Of a stretch of DNA of 64,000 nucleotides, positions 1 through 10,555 are shown in pieces (position 1 is the first letter of the stretch; each line of letters starts with the position of its first letter). The notes under the pieces are model-generated. The model did no database searches. It saw only the letters and a list, made by a program, of their open reading frames with translations, and was not told where the DNA came from. This stretch comes from a virus. Taxonomy: Duplodnaviria; Caudoviricetes. A program made the translations under genes and the position numbers. The stretch lies in the IMG/VR virus record IMGVR_UViG_3300033068_001747; one strand, written 5' to 3'.

Positions 1-2
1 CA

Positions 3-551
3 ACAATAATTAGTTATTGTCAAGTTGTTAGAGATAGTGTATTAGTTAAAACTGACATTTTTGAGGTAAGTTACTCAGAAAAATTTGAACAACCATTGAG
101 AGTTAAGTATCGTGTACTTTGCCAAGACGGTAAAGCATCAAGACAAGGTATGGACTTCTATACAGAAAAAGATTATATAACTTCAGATGAAAAAGATTAT
201 GAAAATAATATTTATGACAAAGGACATTGTGCACCTGCAGCTGATTTCAATTGTGATAAAATAATGTTATTAAAAACATTTACTTACTTAAATTGTGCAC
301 TACAAGATCAATTTTTAAACAGAGGAACTTGGAGATTACTAGAAGTACACGAAAGAGAGTTAGCAAAAAAATTCATAGTAGATGTTGAAATAAAACTTAT
401 ATTCTCGGATAAATCAATTAAGTTACCAACTGGTGCAACCGTACCAGATGCGTTTATTAAAACCATAAAGTATGATGGTAAGGTTGAAAAGTATTACTTT
501 ATCAACGAAAAACCAAAATCTAATAACTATACCCTTTACTTAGTAAAATAA
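3..551 (+). CDS. DNA/RNA non-specific endonuclease (NucA/endonuclease NS family), 5'-truncated by window
   Basis: YDKGHCAPAADF and LNRGTWRLLE motifs; frame is open back to the window edge. Confidence 0.85.
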   Translation, partial: TIISYCQVVRDSVLVKTDIFEVSYSEKFEQPLRVKYRVLCQDGKASRQGMDFYTEKDYITSDEKDYENNIYDKGHCAPAADFNCDKIMLLKTFTYLNCALQDQFLNRGTWRLLEVHERELAKKFIVDVEIKLIFSDKSIKLPTGATVPDAFIKTIKYDGKVEKYYFINEKPKSNNYTLYLVK

Positions 552-578
552 AAAGAGACTCAATTGAGTCTCTTTTTT
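551..578. terminator. Bidirectional intrinsic terminator
   Basis: aaaagagactc-aatt-gagtctcttttt hairpin between convergent genes. Confidence 0.8.
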
Positions 579-1811
579 TTATTCAAATTCAGATTGTAAT
601 ATCTTAACTACTTCTCTTATTGTTTCTTCTTCTAAATCAGTTTGTTTAACAATTAAATTAAAGTCTGCTTTTAAAACACTTTTTGCAGTATCATAACCAA
701 CTTTTTTAAATTCATCAATAATCCAACCATCAATTTCATCGGAGAAATCTTCTAGTAAAACATCTTCATTGTGTTCAACATCAGAAAAGACATTTATTTT
801 ATAACCAGTTAGTTTGCTTGCCAATTTAATGTTTAAACCACCTTTACCAATAGCCAAAGAAATTCCTTCAGAAGGAACTACAACATTTGCAGTTTTTTTC
901 TCTTCGTTTATCTCTGCATTTGGTTTACTTTGTCCTAATGCTCTCATTATATACAATGATTTATTAGTAGTATAAGTGATAACATCAATATTCTCATTAT
1001 TAAGTTCTCTTACAATAGAGTGAATTCTACTTCCCTTAACACCTACACAAGTACCAACAGGATCAATTCTATCATCATAAGACTCAACAGCAACTTTTGC
1101 TTTATATCCAGGTTCTCTAACAACTGCTTTAACAGTAATTAAACCATCGAATACCTCAGGTATTTCAAGTTCAAATAATTTCTCTAAAAATTTATTTGAT
1201 GTTCTTGATAAAGTCATATAAAGTTTACCATTTTCAATAGAAACATTTTGTAAGATTGCTCTAATTGAATCTCCTTTTCTAAAGAAGTCACCAGGTATCT
1301 GTTCTGTTTTAGGTAAAACAAATTCATTACCTTCATCATCTGTTACGATAACTTCTTTTCTTAAAATTTGGTAAACTTCACAAGTGAAAATCTCACCTTC
1401 TCTATCTTTATATTTTTTGTATAAGTTTTCTTTACCTAAATCCAAAATTTTAGATTTAAGTACTTGACGAATTGATGAAATTGAACGTCTACCAAAATCA
1501 CCAATTTTAATTTCATCAGCAAATTCTTCACCAACTTCAAAACCAGATTCAATTTTATTTACATCAGTAAATCTAATATGAATATTCTCATCAAATTCAT
1601 CATAACTGTCTTCAACTACAAGTCTATTTCTCCAAATTTCTAAATCTCCTTTATTAGGGTTCACAATAATATCAAAGTTTTCAGATGAACCATATTTTTT
1701 AACAATAATAGTTTTAAAAACTTCTTGCATTACTTTAATCATTGACTCTTTGTCAATACTTTTTACGTCTTTTAACTCAGAAAAAGACTCTATTAGATTT
1801 ATATTATCCAT
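579..1811 (-). CDS. nusA: Transcription termination/antitermination factor NusA
   Basis: S1/KH domains, REPGYKAKVAV, IDPVGTCVGVKGSRI, LAIGKGGLNIKLAS; Bacteroidota-type C-terminus. Confidence 0.96.
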   Translation of the reverse strand: MDNINLIESFSELKDVKSIDKESMIKVMQEVFKTIIVKKYGSSENFDIIVNPNKGDLEIWRNRLVVEDSYDEFDENIHIRFTDVNKIESGFEVGEEFADEIKIGDFGRRSISSIRQVLKSKILDLGKENLYKKYKDREGEIFTCEVYQILRKEVIVTDDEGNEFVLPKTEQIPGDFFRKGDSIRAILQNVSIENGKLYMTLSRTSNKFLEKLFELEIPEVFDGLITVKAVVREPGYKAKVAVESYDDRIDPVGTCVGVKGSRIHSIVRELNNENIDVITYTTNKSLYIMRALGQSKPNAEINEEKKTANVVVPSEGISLAIGKGGLNIKLASKLTGYKINVFSDVEHNEDVLLEDFSDEIDGWIIDEFKKVGYDTAKSVLKADFNLIVKQTDLEEETIREVVKILQSEFE

Positions 1812-1878
1812 AGTATTTATATTATATTTTTATTTGTATTCAAATAATACAATTATGTTTAAAATAAAAAAAGATGTA

Positions 1879-2700
1879 CTAAACATCTTTTTCTTCTTTT
1901 TTTCTCTTCCACAACAACCAAAGCCACTGAAAAAGAGGGATAAAAATCACACCCATAAACCACTCCCAGTTGCCGAGCATAAAGTCTTTGACACTGGAAC
2001 CCAGGTTAGACTTGACTTTTATCTTTCGTTCAAAGACGGTAATATCTTTAAAATAATCATTACCATCTTCTTTTATTCTAATTTTTACATTAAGTTTTAA
2101 ATTATTTTCACCTCCTTGTAAAGGACTTACACTCCAAGCCCATTCCGTATATCCTTCATCATCTATATTTTGAATATCCGTTGATAATGGAGTTATTTCA
2201 AAATCTTTTTTACTTGATAATAAACTAGCCGACATTATTGGCGAAACCGTTATTGACTCTACTTTAACAGAATCTAAATTATCAGATATAGGAATCTCTC
2301 TATCACCTACTAATAAAACTGTTTTATCATTTTGTTTTGTTATTCTAACTTTTACAGAGTATTCTTGACCAACTTCCATTTCACTTGGAACTGAATAAGC
2401 AATTAAACCCTTTGGTCTGACTTCTTTAACCGGTTCAGATTTAGTAATTTGTTTAGTTTGTTTCTTTTTATCTGAAACTTTCCTAGTTTCATTTTTTTGT
2501 GGTATAAAATCAGGTTGAACTAATTTAGCTTCACTGACAATAATTTCATCTTTAGAAACCACATAATTAAGACTATCTTCGACAGTACTTTCATCAACAA
2601 CTTTTACTACAGGTGGTTCAGATTTTGGGTTTTCACTAGTTACATTTGTAGATTTACAAGAAAATAGTATAAATAAAAAAAGAAAGAATATATATCTCAT
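1879..2700 (-). CDS. Lipoprotein with C-terminal membrane helix
   Basis: Signal peptide with LFSC lipobox; hydrophobic C-terminal segment. Confidence 0.6.
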   Translation of the reverse strand: MRYIFFLFLFILFSCKSTNVTSENPKSEPPVVKVVDESTVEDSLNYVVSKDEIIVSEAKLVQPDFIPQKNETRKVSDKKKQTKQITKSEPVKEVRPKGLIAYSVPSEMEVGQEYSVKVRITKQNDKTVLLVGDREIPISDNLDSVKVESITVSPIMSASLLSSKKDFEITPLSTDIQNIDDEGYTEWAWSVSPLQGGENNLKLNVKIRIKEDGNDYFKDITVFERKIKVKSNLGSSVKDFMLGNWEWFMGVIFIPLFQWLWLLWKRKKEEKDV

Positions 2701-2726
2701 AATCTATATATTCTTTCTTATATCTT

Positions 2727-3149
2727 CTATTTTAGAACTTCACTAATTTTATAATCTCTAAAACTCTGAACATCAATGTCTGTAGGTTTTACTTCGTAAA
2801 ATGTTAAAGAAATCATTTTCATATACTTTTCAGTTTCTTCTTCATTTGCATCTGGATGTAGAATGTTTTCAGTATCACCCCAACCACTTTTTTTAATAGG
2901 TCCATACTTTTCAACTAAAGACTCATTAAACTTCTCATACTCTTCAATATCAACATTTAATATGTCTTCTAAATCATATGAATAATAACTAAGTGAACTT
3001 GTTTTAAACTCCTGTTTATTCAACTCCTTTACCTTTGCTTCTGCATCTTCTTTTGAGAAACAAATCAATTCTGGATTTCCTCCTTCTGATTCTGAATAGA
3101 TATTATCATCATATTCATACCCTTTTTTTACAATTACGTGTGCTTTCAT
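2727..3149 (-). CDS. Hypothetical protein with C-terminal R-D-x-K-I tag
   Basis: ORF ending FRDYKISEVLK. Confidence 0.6.
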   Translation of the reverse strand: MKAHVIVKKGYEYDDNIYSESEGGNPELICFSKEDAEAKVKELNKQEFKTSSLSYYSYDLEDILNVDIEEYEKFNESLVEKYGPIKKSGWGDTENILHPDANEEETEKYMKMISLTFYEVKPTDIDVQSFRDYKISEVLK

Positions 3150-3152
3150 ATT

Positions 3153-3653
3153 TTATTTTAATAAATCGTTAATTTTTTTATCTCTAATGTATTGTGTTTT
3201 TAAATCTGCTAATGACATATCCCAGTCATTTTTAATGTCATTTATTCTTGATAAATTTAAGAATTGTTCTTGATAGTTTTTCAAATCCAAACTCTGAGTG
3301 TCCTCTTTATATAATCGATAAACATAATCAAAATCTTTCTCATTATAGTAATTACCATCAATAATAAATATAATTGGTAAGTCTGTTACTTCACGAATTG
3401 AACTTAATAAATATTTTATATGACCATCAGGAACTACTGTTAGTAATAAATCAACTCTAAATAAAAAGTTTGGCAATATTTCAGATATATCTGTTGATGT
3501 GATGGCAATTTTTGAGCATTTAACATGAATATTACTATTTACACCATCTAGAAATAAACAATTATGACCCATAAGATCATAATAATCTATTAGTTTACTA
3601 ACTACATAATTATTTTCATTTAGAAATAAATTTACTTTACCAATGTCTAACAT
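3153..3653 (-). CDS. Hypothetical protein with C-terminal R-D-x-K-I tag
   Basis: ORF ending YIRDKKINDLLK. Confidence 0.6.
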   Translation of the reverse strand: MLDIGKVNLFLNENNYVVSKLIDYYDLMGHNCLFLDGVNSNIHVKCSKIAITSTDISEILPNFLFRVDLLLTVVPDGHIKYLLSSIREVTDLPIIFIIDGNYYNEKDFDYVYRLYKEDTQSLDLKNYQEQFLNLSRINDIKNDWDMSLADLKTQYIRDKKINDLLK

Positions 3654-3654
3654 T

Positions 3655-4257
3655 TTAATACTTTTGAACTATTTCCTTATATGACATAAAAATGAATAAG
3701 GCAGAAAATAATGCCATAATTATACTAGATGTCATAAGTGATACTATTAAAAGTAATGAACTTGCAACAATAGAAATATATCCATTGATTTTTCTACCTA
3801 AAGAAGGTTTAGTCAACCATTGACAAATTGCCTTACAAATTCGACCACCATCCATTGGGTAAATAGGTAAGATGTTAAAGATAAATAAAAACATATTTAT
3901 TTGTGCAAATACATCTAACCCTAAATAATGCCCTATAAGATAAAGTGCTAAGTTCGATAAAGGACCTGCAGCAACAATTAAAATTGTCTGATTATAAGGA
4001 GAATAAGTAGTATCAATTGCAGCGGCACCATTTAGTAAGTCTAAATAAACATGCTCTACATAATGATTAAATTTCTTAGCAACTGCGGTATGTGCTAATT
4101 CGTGTACCAAAACTGCGGCAAAAATAGATAAAAAGTAATCTAATGCAGTAGTAAGATTACCAAATTGTAGTAAGAATAAAGGAAGTAAAATAAAGAACCA
4201 ATACTTTAAGTAAACAGGGGTTCCCATAAAATCAAATAATTTGAACGAGTTTTTCAT
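3655..4257 (-). CDS. Site-2 protease (peptidase M50)
   Basis: HELAH, AAGPLSN and FNILPIYPMDGG motifs; likely start MKNSF at 4257. Confidence 0.9.
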   Translation of the reverse strand: MKNSFKLFDFMGTPVYLKYWFFILLPLFLLQFGNLTTALDYFLSIFAAVLVHELAHTAVAKKFNHYVEHVYLDLLNGAAAIDTTYSPYNQTILIVAAGPLSNLALYLIGHYLGLDVFAQINMFLFIFNILPIYPMDGGRICKAICQWLTKPSLGRKINGYISIVASSLLLIVSLMTSSIIMALFSALFIFMSYKEIVQKY

Positions 4258-4374
4258 ATATATTTTTAGTTTAAAAAGCAAAGATATGGAAAAGTAAATG
4301 ATATTAAAAAATTATTTTAAATAAACTTTTATACACTTTATTTATATCAACTTAATAACTTTTAAATTAAAATT

Positions 4375-5112
4375 ATGGATTTTGGAAAAGATTTTAGAAA
4401 ATATGCTTTAAGTGAGGGTATTTCTTCTATGAATTTACATTACTTTGAAAAAGGATTAGTAGAGAATAGTATGACACCATACATTCTTGAAGAAAGAGAA
4501 ATGAGGGTAACGCAGATGGATATTTTTAGTAGACTTATGCGAGATCGTATCCTATGGGTTGCTGGTGTTGTAAACACACAAATGTCAACTGTAGTTCAAG
4601 CTCAATTGATGTATTTAGATTCAGTTGAAAATAAAGACATCACAATGCACGTTGATTCACCAGGTGGTTCAGTATTAGCTGGATTAGGTATGGTTGATGT
4701 TATGAGATATATCAACTCCGATGTTGCAACAATCAATACTGGTATGGCCGCATCAATGGGTTCTATTCTTTTATCATCAGGAACTAAAGGGAAACGTTCT
4801 TCTTTGAACTTCTCTAAAGTAATGATTCACCAAGTTTCTTCAGGTGCATCAGGACACGTTGAAGATAATCGTATTTCTCAAATGGAATCAGAAAAATACA
4901 ACTACGTTCTTTTCAAAATGTTAGCTGAAAATAGTGGTAGACCTTTTGATGAAGTTTTAGAAAGTGCTAGAAGAGATAAATGGTTAAACTCACAAGAAGC
5001 TTTAGACTTTGGATTTATTGACGAAATTATCATCACTGATAAAGCAACACCAATTTCAACTTATCTTGAAGGCTTTGATGATTACTACACAAAAGAAATC
5101 TTAAAGAAATAA
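4375..5112 (+). CDS. clpP: ATP-dependent Clp protease proteolytic subunit
   Basis: MDIFSRLMRDRI, DSPGGSV, GMAASMG, MIHQ motifs. Confidence 0.96.
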   Translation: MDFGKDFRKYALSEGISSMNLHYFEKGLVENSMTPYILEEREMRVTQMDIFSRLMRDRILWVAGVVNTQMSTVVQAQLMYLDSVENKDITMHVDSPGGSVLAGLGMVDVMRYINSDVATINTGMAASMGSILLSSGTKGKRSSLNFSKVMIHQVSSGASGHVEDNRISQMESEKYNYVLFKMLAENSGRPFDEVLESARRDKWLNSQEALDFGFIDEIIITDKATPISTYLEGFDDYYTKEILKK

Positions 5113-5142
5113 ATTAAAACCCACTGAAAAGTGGGTTTTTTA

Positions 5143-6534
5143 TTATGAACATTCTGGACAATCAACTTGACCACCATCACATACATCACAAAAGACTGAA
5201 CCACCACCGTGACATACAGGACAAGGCTCACTACTAGCATCCCCACCAGAACCATCACAATTAGGACAATCAATTTCCGAAGCCCCATTACATTCTGGAC
5301 AATCAACTTGACCTTCACCTGAACACACAGGACAAGGTTCATCATCATCATAAGGACCACCATCAGTATCAGTTAGTTCAATATAACCACTAAAAGTACG
5401 ATTAGATATAACACCAGTTTTTGGATTATAATACTTCATAGTATCCATATAAGGATAAGGACTATATTCACCTTTCTTTAAAGTAATAACTACCTCTGAT
5501 TCTCCATGATCTAATTCTACACCGTCTTGAACCAATGGGGTTGTTGAACTGTAATTCTGAGATTCTTTATGATAATATCCTTTAGAATCACAATACTCTA
5601 TAAATAAAAGTATATCTGGTGTTCTAATTATATAAATTCTATCCATAATACGTCTACCTTCATCATCTAACCAAAGAATTGCTCTACCAGCAATCTTTGA
5701 AGAATCTTCTTCACTCAATAAAATTACCATTGATACTCTTTCTGGATTATTGACATAAATATCAAAGAAATCTTGACATCTATCATAACGCATACAAGAT
5801 CCGCCTAAAGATCCAGACTCTGCCTCATAATTATCTACCAAATAACAATGTTTTATATCCTCTCCTTTAATTTCTTTAAATCTTGAGAAGACATCAGTTT
5901 CCATTTGTAAAACCTTCTTATATTGATCAACAAATTTTTCAATTTCTACATCAGTAAACTTTTCACCTAATTTTGTTAGAAATGCTCTAATAAATCTTCC
6001 AACATTCACATCAGTATTTCTTATTGATGCGAAATCTTTAACCAAATTACTCTTAGGTGTAATACAATCAAAAGTATTTGAACCTGAACCAAATTGGAAA
6101 ACAACCATTGTTTCCCCATTATTATACATATACTCCCAAACACCACTAGGAGATATTTCAGATAGTTCTTCTAAAGTAAAAATTTTTGTAATCTTACCTC
6201 TTTCCCCATTTCTAGGTTCTCCAAAATTGTGTATAAATCCTCTTGCTGCCTTGGATAAGTTATCATAAATAGCACCCTTACTCAAAACCTTATATTCTAC
6301 TTTATCAATCTTATCTTGTGGTTTAAAAAACACACTGTCAATTTTATCTTTATTTACATCAATATAGTTTCTATCAATGTCTTTATCTTCACCTCTAAGT
6401 GAAATAAGTTTATTTGCAATAGGAGAATCTATTTTATTTAAGACTTCCATAAAATTAGTAGTAAATACAATTTTAGCTTCTAAAATCAATTCTAATTTAC
6501 TTTCTGTTATATAATCATAGTAGTTTGTAATCAT
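5143..6534 (-). CDS. Phage protein with SCM/GRAxLW/MDRxY core and C-terminal CxxCxGxG zinc repeats (paralog 1)
   Basis: GSCMRY, GRAILW, MDRIY, YPYMDTMKYY; CxxCxGxG repeats; N-terminal ...YITE leader. Confidence 0.75.
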   Translation of the reverse strand: MITNYYDYITESKLELILEAKIVFTTNFMEVLNKIDSPIANKLISLRGEDKDIDRNYIDVNKDKIDSVFFKPQDKIDKVEYKVLSKGAIYDNLSKAARGFIHNFGEPRNGERGKITKIFTLEELSEISPSGVWEYMYNNGETMVVFQFGSGSNTFDCITPKSNLVKDFASIRNTDVNVGRFIRAFLTKLGEKFTDVEIEKFVDQYKKVLQMETDVFSRFKEIKGEDIKHCYLVDNYEAESGSLGGSCMRYDRCQDFFDIYVNNPERVSMVILLSEEDSSKIAGRAILWLDDEGRRIMDRIYIIRTPDILLFIEYCDSKGYYHKESQNYSSTTPLVQDGVELDHGESEVVITLKKGEYSPYPYMDTMKYYNPKTGVISNRTFSGYIELTDTDGGPYDDDEPCPVCSGEGQVDCPECNGASEIDCPNCDGSGGDASSEPCPVCHGGGSVFCDVCDGGQVDCPECS

Positions 6535-6587
6535 TACTTATATATTAAATTAGTATCATGAAAAAATCCCTCATTTGAGGGATTTTA

Positions 6588-8018
6588 TTATCTAAATTCT
6601 TCACAATCTGGACAAGTGATTTCCTCATCACCATCACATTTTGAACAGGTTTTCTTACCTTCTCCACCACAAGTTGTGCATTCACTACCATCAATCTCTC
6701 CATCTCCATTACATTCGATACAAACTTCTTCACCGTCACCGTTACAAGTAGGACATTCTATAACTTCTCTATCATTACAAGTTCTACAATCTGAATGACT
6801 CCACTCACCATCTGTATCTTCTAAATAATAAAAGAATCCAGTATCTTGTCTATTATTTGTTATAATTCCAGTTGCAGGATAGTAATACTTCATTGTGTCC
6901 ATATAAGGAAAGTTTTCATGACCTTTTCTCAATTGTATTTGACAATATAATCTTTCTTCTTTACCATCAGGTCCAACACCATTATAAGCAGAACCACTAT
7001 TATTATTTCCTTTATACCACCAACCATTATCTGAAGCATATTGTCTAAATAACTCAACATCAGAATCATTATTAGTATAAACTCTATCCATTACTTTTTT
7101 ACCGTCTAAACACTCCCAAAGAATAGCACGACCAACAATCATATCCTCATCTTCTACTGCTTTAAAAATAACTAATGAAACAGTATCATTATCTGTATAA
7201 GGTTCTAACCAACTTGAGTCGGCTTCAGCCATACAAGAGTTAGATAAAGTACCACTAGGATCATAATAATTATCATATTGATATTTATCATATATTTCTC
7301 TACCAGTAACCTCAGCAAATAAAGAGAATTTATCATTAAATTTATCTACTTGTGCTTTATATAAGTTTACAAAGATTTCAATATCTCTAGCAGTAAATTT
7401 TGCAGTATCATCATCTTTAGCAGCTAACGCTAAAAGCGCATTCATTGATCTACCAACTCTAACATCTTGACGATTTTTTGACCAAACTAATTTGTGTCTA
7501 TCATCTACTGGTCTTAATTTTTCTAAATTGAAAACACCTTGACCACCACTAGGGAATTTTAACCAAACCCAAGTTTTACCAGATTTTTCAGAAACTATTT
7601 TTTCAACAACCTCACCAACTTCTGTTGATGCTGGTCTGTAAACATCTCCTTCTGGAACATATCCTAATCTTGCAAATATTTTAGTATTAGCCTCACCGTG
7701 TGTTAGCCAACCACCATTATTACCAACAAAACGATATAGTTCTTTTGGATCATTTAAAATTTCTTGTGCTTTTCTATCTGGTGTAAAGAAAACATAATCA
7801 TTTCTCTTTGGATCTATATCAAAGTAGTTAGCAACTACAGGTAAATCTTTTTTCTCTAAATCTAAAATCTTCTTAGCAACTGGATTATCTATCTTACCTA
7901 ATACTTTTTTAAAGTTATCCGAAAACATAACATCAGATTCCAAAAGCATTTCAATCAACTGAGACTCTGTTATCAAATCATGTGATTCTGTTATAAAATC
8001 AATATATTTTTTTAACAT
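6588..8018 (-). CDS. Phage protein with SCM core and CxxCxGxG repeats (paralog 2)
   Basis: NSCMA, GRAILW, MDRVY, FPYMDTMKYY; MLKKYIDFITE leader. Confidence 0.75.
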   Translation of the reverse strand: MLKKYIDFITESHDLITESQLIEMLLESDVMFSDNFKKVLGKIDNPVAKKILDLEKKDLPVVANYFDIDPKRNDYVFFTPDRKAQEILNDPKELYRFVGNNGGWLTHGEANTKIFARLGYVPEGDVYRPASTEVGEVVEKIVSEKSGKTWVWLKFPSGGQGVFNLEKLRPVDDRHKLVWSKNRQDVRVGRSMNALLALAAKDDDTAKFTARDIEIFVNLYKAQVDKFNDKFSLFAEVTGREIYDKYQYDNYYDPSGTLSNSCMAEADSSWLEPYTDNDTVSLVIFKAVEDEDMIVGRAILWECLDGKKVMDRVYTNNDSDVELFRQYASDNGWWYKGNNNSGSAYNGVGPDGKEERLYCQIQLRKGHENFPYMDTMKYYYPATGIITNNRQDTGFFYYLEDTDGEWSHSDCRTCNDREVIECPTCNGDGEEVCIECNGDGEIDGSECTTCGGEGKKTCSKCDGDEEITCPDCEEFR

Positions 8019-8092
8019 TATTATAATATAATTTTTTAGTATATATTATTATTTCATTCTCAAAAATCTACTTTTAACGAAAAACCCATCTA

Positions 8093-8335
8093 TTAAGATG
8101 GGTTTGTAAATATTGCTCTTATTTTTCTCTTTCTAATAACTTGCCTAGAAAGTTTATAGTAATTTTTCTGAATACCAGAATATAAAGAAGTAAAGTCCAA
8201 ATTGATAGGTTCAACACCGGATGAATAACCACCAGATACTAAACTTCCAGTAAGACGAGGTTTCTGAGTGGTAACTACTCTGTTACGACGAGCTTCTAAT
8301 AAATCCTGATATATCTTTTCTAATTCTTCTTCCAT
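8093..8335 (-). CDS. Hypothetical protein
   Basis: ORF coupled to the upstream gene, followed by a terminator. Confidence 0.5.
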   Translation of the reverse strand: MEEELEKIYQDLLEARRNRVVTTQKPRLTGSLVSGGYSSGVEPINLDFTSLYSGIQKNYYKLSRQVIRKRKIRAIFTNPS

Positions 8336-9045
8336 TACTTCGTAGTTGCTCTTCTAAATAAACTTAACATTAAGTTATATGTTATTTTAAATTCTAAGTT
8401 TAAAGAGTCCCAATCCCACTTACAATCTTTTCTTTGATAAGCAGGTAATGCTTGATATGTTAGTTTACTCCAAATAAAATTAGCCGCAGTAAAGTCAGTT
8501 ATTCTACCATATCTTGCGATTTGTGCAGCAAACATAGGTATTCTGATTGAATGATAAAATGATTTAATCGCAGTACGATATTCATCTTCAATCAATAATT
8601 TTTTCTTACATTTTACCCAAGAGTTAGAACTAACGTGTGAGGTTGCATGTCTTAACTTAGCTAAATTTATTTTGAAATCAAACTTTTTATCTTCTTTTAA
8701 CTTAGCCCAATCTGGTGCAAAAATACACTCAAGATTATTCATACGATGCCATTCTAAATCTTTCTTAAATCTATCTGGAGTATAAATGTGAATATTATAT
8801 CGAATAGTACGAGTCTGTAAATTATATGAAAACTCGTCTTGTACGGTCTTCTTTAATTCAATTGCTTCAACCGAATTATTAGCAACCATTATAATATCCC
8901 AATCAGATGCAGCGTCATAAGTACCATATACTTGTGAACCAAAGATATAAACATTGAATACACGACTTGGATGTATCTCAGCAATTTTTATAATATCTTC
9001 TACTTTAGGAACCCATCTAAAGGTTGCGGGTAATAACTTTACCAT
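8335..9045 (-). CDS. Nucleotidyltransferase (Pol beta superfamily)
   Basis: IFGSQVYGTYDAASDWDI = GS-x10-DxD signature. Confidence 0.8.
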   Translation of the reverse strand: MVKLLPATFRWVPKVEDIIKIAEIHPSRVFNVYIFGSQVYGTYDAASDWDIIMVANNSVEAIELKKTVQDEFSYNLQTRTIRYNIHIYTPDRFKKDLEWHRMNNLECIFAPDWAKLKEDKKFDFKINLAKLRHATSHVSSNSWVKCKKKLLIEDEYRTAIKSFYHSIRIPMFAAQIARYGRITDFTAANFIWSKLTYQALPAYQRKDCKWDWDSLNLEFKITYNLMLSLFRRATTK

Positions 9046-9050
9046 ATTTT

Positions 9051-9584
9051 TTATTTTAATAATTTATTTAATTTTTCTTCTCTTATTTGTGATACTGTCA
9101 TAAAGTAATCTTTAACATCTAACCAAAATACTTGTATAATAACAGTCCCGAAGTCTTCAATATCATTTAACTTTAATTTAATTATCCAATCATCATTTAA
9201 CTCTTCTATACCAATTACATCAAACTCAGATCCTTTATCAATATTTTGAACAAATTTTTGATGTATGTAATTTTTACTATTTACAACTTTATTAAAATCA
9301 TACTTGAAATCTTTCTGTGCTATAATAATTTCACCTATAATTGGTAGTGTATATAAGCTTTTATCAAATTTCCATTGACCACCCAAAATTTTTGTCTTTA
9401 CAAAAACTACCCACATAAAAATTAAAAATATTCCACCAATACCAAAAAATATCGTTGAGGTAAATTGTATCATAACGGCAGATAGTCCTACTAGTAAAAG
9501 AACTAATAGAACTCTATTATCTTTAGATAACCACCTATCAAATAAATATATTTTGTTTTTTAACATGCTAGATATAAAGTACAT
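9051..9584 (-). CDS. Membrane protein with C-terminal tag
   Basis: Two hydrophobic helices; ends QIREEKLNKLLK. Confidence 0.55.
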   Translation of the reverse strand: MYFISSMLKNKIYLFDRWLSKDNRVLLVLLLVGLSAVMIQFTSTIFFGIGGIFLIFMWVVFVKTKILGGQWKFDKSLYTLPIIGEIIIAQKDFKYDFNKVVNSKNYIHQKFVQNIDKGSEFDVIGIEELNDDWIIKLKLNDIEDFGTVIIQVFWLDVKDYFMTVSQIREEKLNKLLK

Positions 9585-9937
9585 TCGTTACTATTTAAAA
9601 CCTTATTTATTTGTTCTTCTCTCCTATAAGCTCTCATTTTATCAATAATCATTTGATAATATGAAAGTAATTCACTTCTTAAATCTTCACTTCTAAATCT
9701 ACTACGTTTAATATAACCTAATTCATCAATTATATCTTGATAGGTCATAATAGGTTTAGTAGGATTATCAGTAAGTAAAACTATACTACGACTGTTTGGG
9801 TCTGAATATATTGTAGTTAAATCTTCACATAATATATCATTCACCACTTTCGACTGTCGTAAACGTGGTCTATCATAAGGGGGTACTATCTCTTCTAATA
9901 ACTTAAAGGCGGAGCCATGTCGATGTATAATTTCCAT
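9560..9937 (-). CDS. Hypothetical protein with C-terminal tag
   Basis: RREEQINKVLN near the C-terminus; TATCTTTG promoter upstream on the minus strand. Confidence 0.55.
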   Translation of the reverse strand: MEIIHRHGSAFKLLEEIVPPYDRPRLRQSKVVNDILCEDLTTIYSDPNSRSIVLLTDNPTKPIMTYQDIIDELGYIKRSRFRSEDLRSELLSYYQMIIDKMRAYRREEQINKVLNSNECTLYLAC

Positions 9938-10041
9938 TTAACAAAGATAGTGTATTTTTTTTTATTTATTTAATTTTTTGTTTCAATTATTTTTTGTACT
10001 TTTGTAAAACAAATAAGAAATCTACTATATATAGTAGTAAC

Positions 10042-10117
10042 GGTCTCATAGCTCAGGGGTCAGAGCGTCGGTCTCATAAACCGGGGGTCGTAGGTTCAAA
10101 TCCTACTGGGACCACCA
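10042..10117 (+). tRNA. tRNA with CAT anticodon (Met or Ile2), encoded CCA
   Basis: ggtctca/tgggacc acceptor, CTCATAA loop, GTTCAAATC T-loop, ACCA end. Confidence 0.9.
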
Positions 10118-10138
10118 ATAAAAAATAAAAATGTTACA

Positions 10139-10477
10139 ATGGAATTAAATGATATTAAAAAAGATTTGTATAAATCTAAAGCAATGGCAAAATTTTCGCA
10201 CTATGTTAGTGGTAACCTTTACTATACAGTAGAGTTATCTGACGGTGTTTACCAATTTCCTATTGCAACAGTTGAAACTTCATTAGAGTATATACACCCT
10301 GAAAATCAAGGTGTATATGACGATGAACCAACAATCGAAACATTACAGTTATCTTCTGACTTAGGTACAACTACTTTTGAAGTTGAAATGAAAGGTTCTG
10401 ATTTAAACAGGTGGATCGCCAAAGCTGTAAGTAATGGTGAATTTACTAAAATTCGTGAAGTTGTGGTTACTGAGTAA
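10139..10477 (+). CDS. Hypothetical phage protein; its 3' end may act as an Arg-sensing leader
   Basis: Well-formed ORF; Arg codon CGT six codons before the last residue overlaps a hairpin. Confidence 0.65.
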   Translation: MELNDIKKDLYKSKAMAKFSHYVSGNLYYTVELSDGVYQFPIATVETSLEYIHPENQGVYDDEPTIETLQLSSDLGTTTFEVEMKGSDLNRWIAKAVSNGEFTKIREVVVTE

Positions 10478-10500
10478 TACAACTTTACTTATTGTATATG

Positions 10501-10529
10501 ACCCTTACTTGAAAAAGTAAGGGTTTTTT
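10501..10529 (+). terminator. Intrinsic terminator or attenuator upstream of the ArgRS-like gene
   Basis: acccttactt-gaaa-aagtaagggt followed by a T run. Confidence 0.8.
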
Positions 10530-10555
10530 AATAACAAAAAATTAAATCAGAAAAA

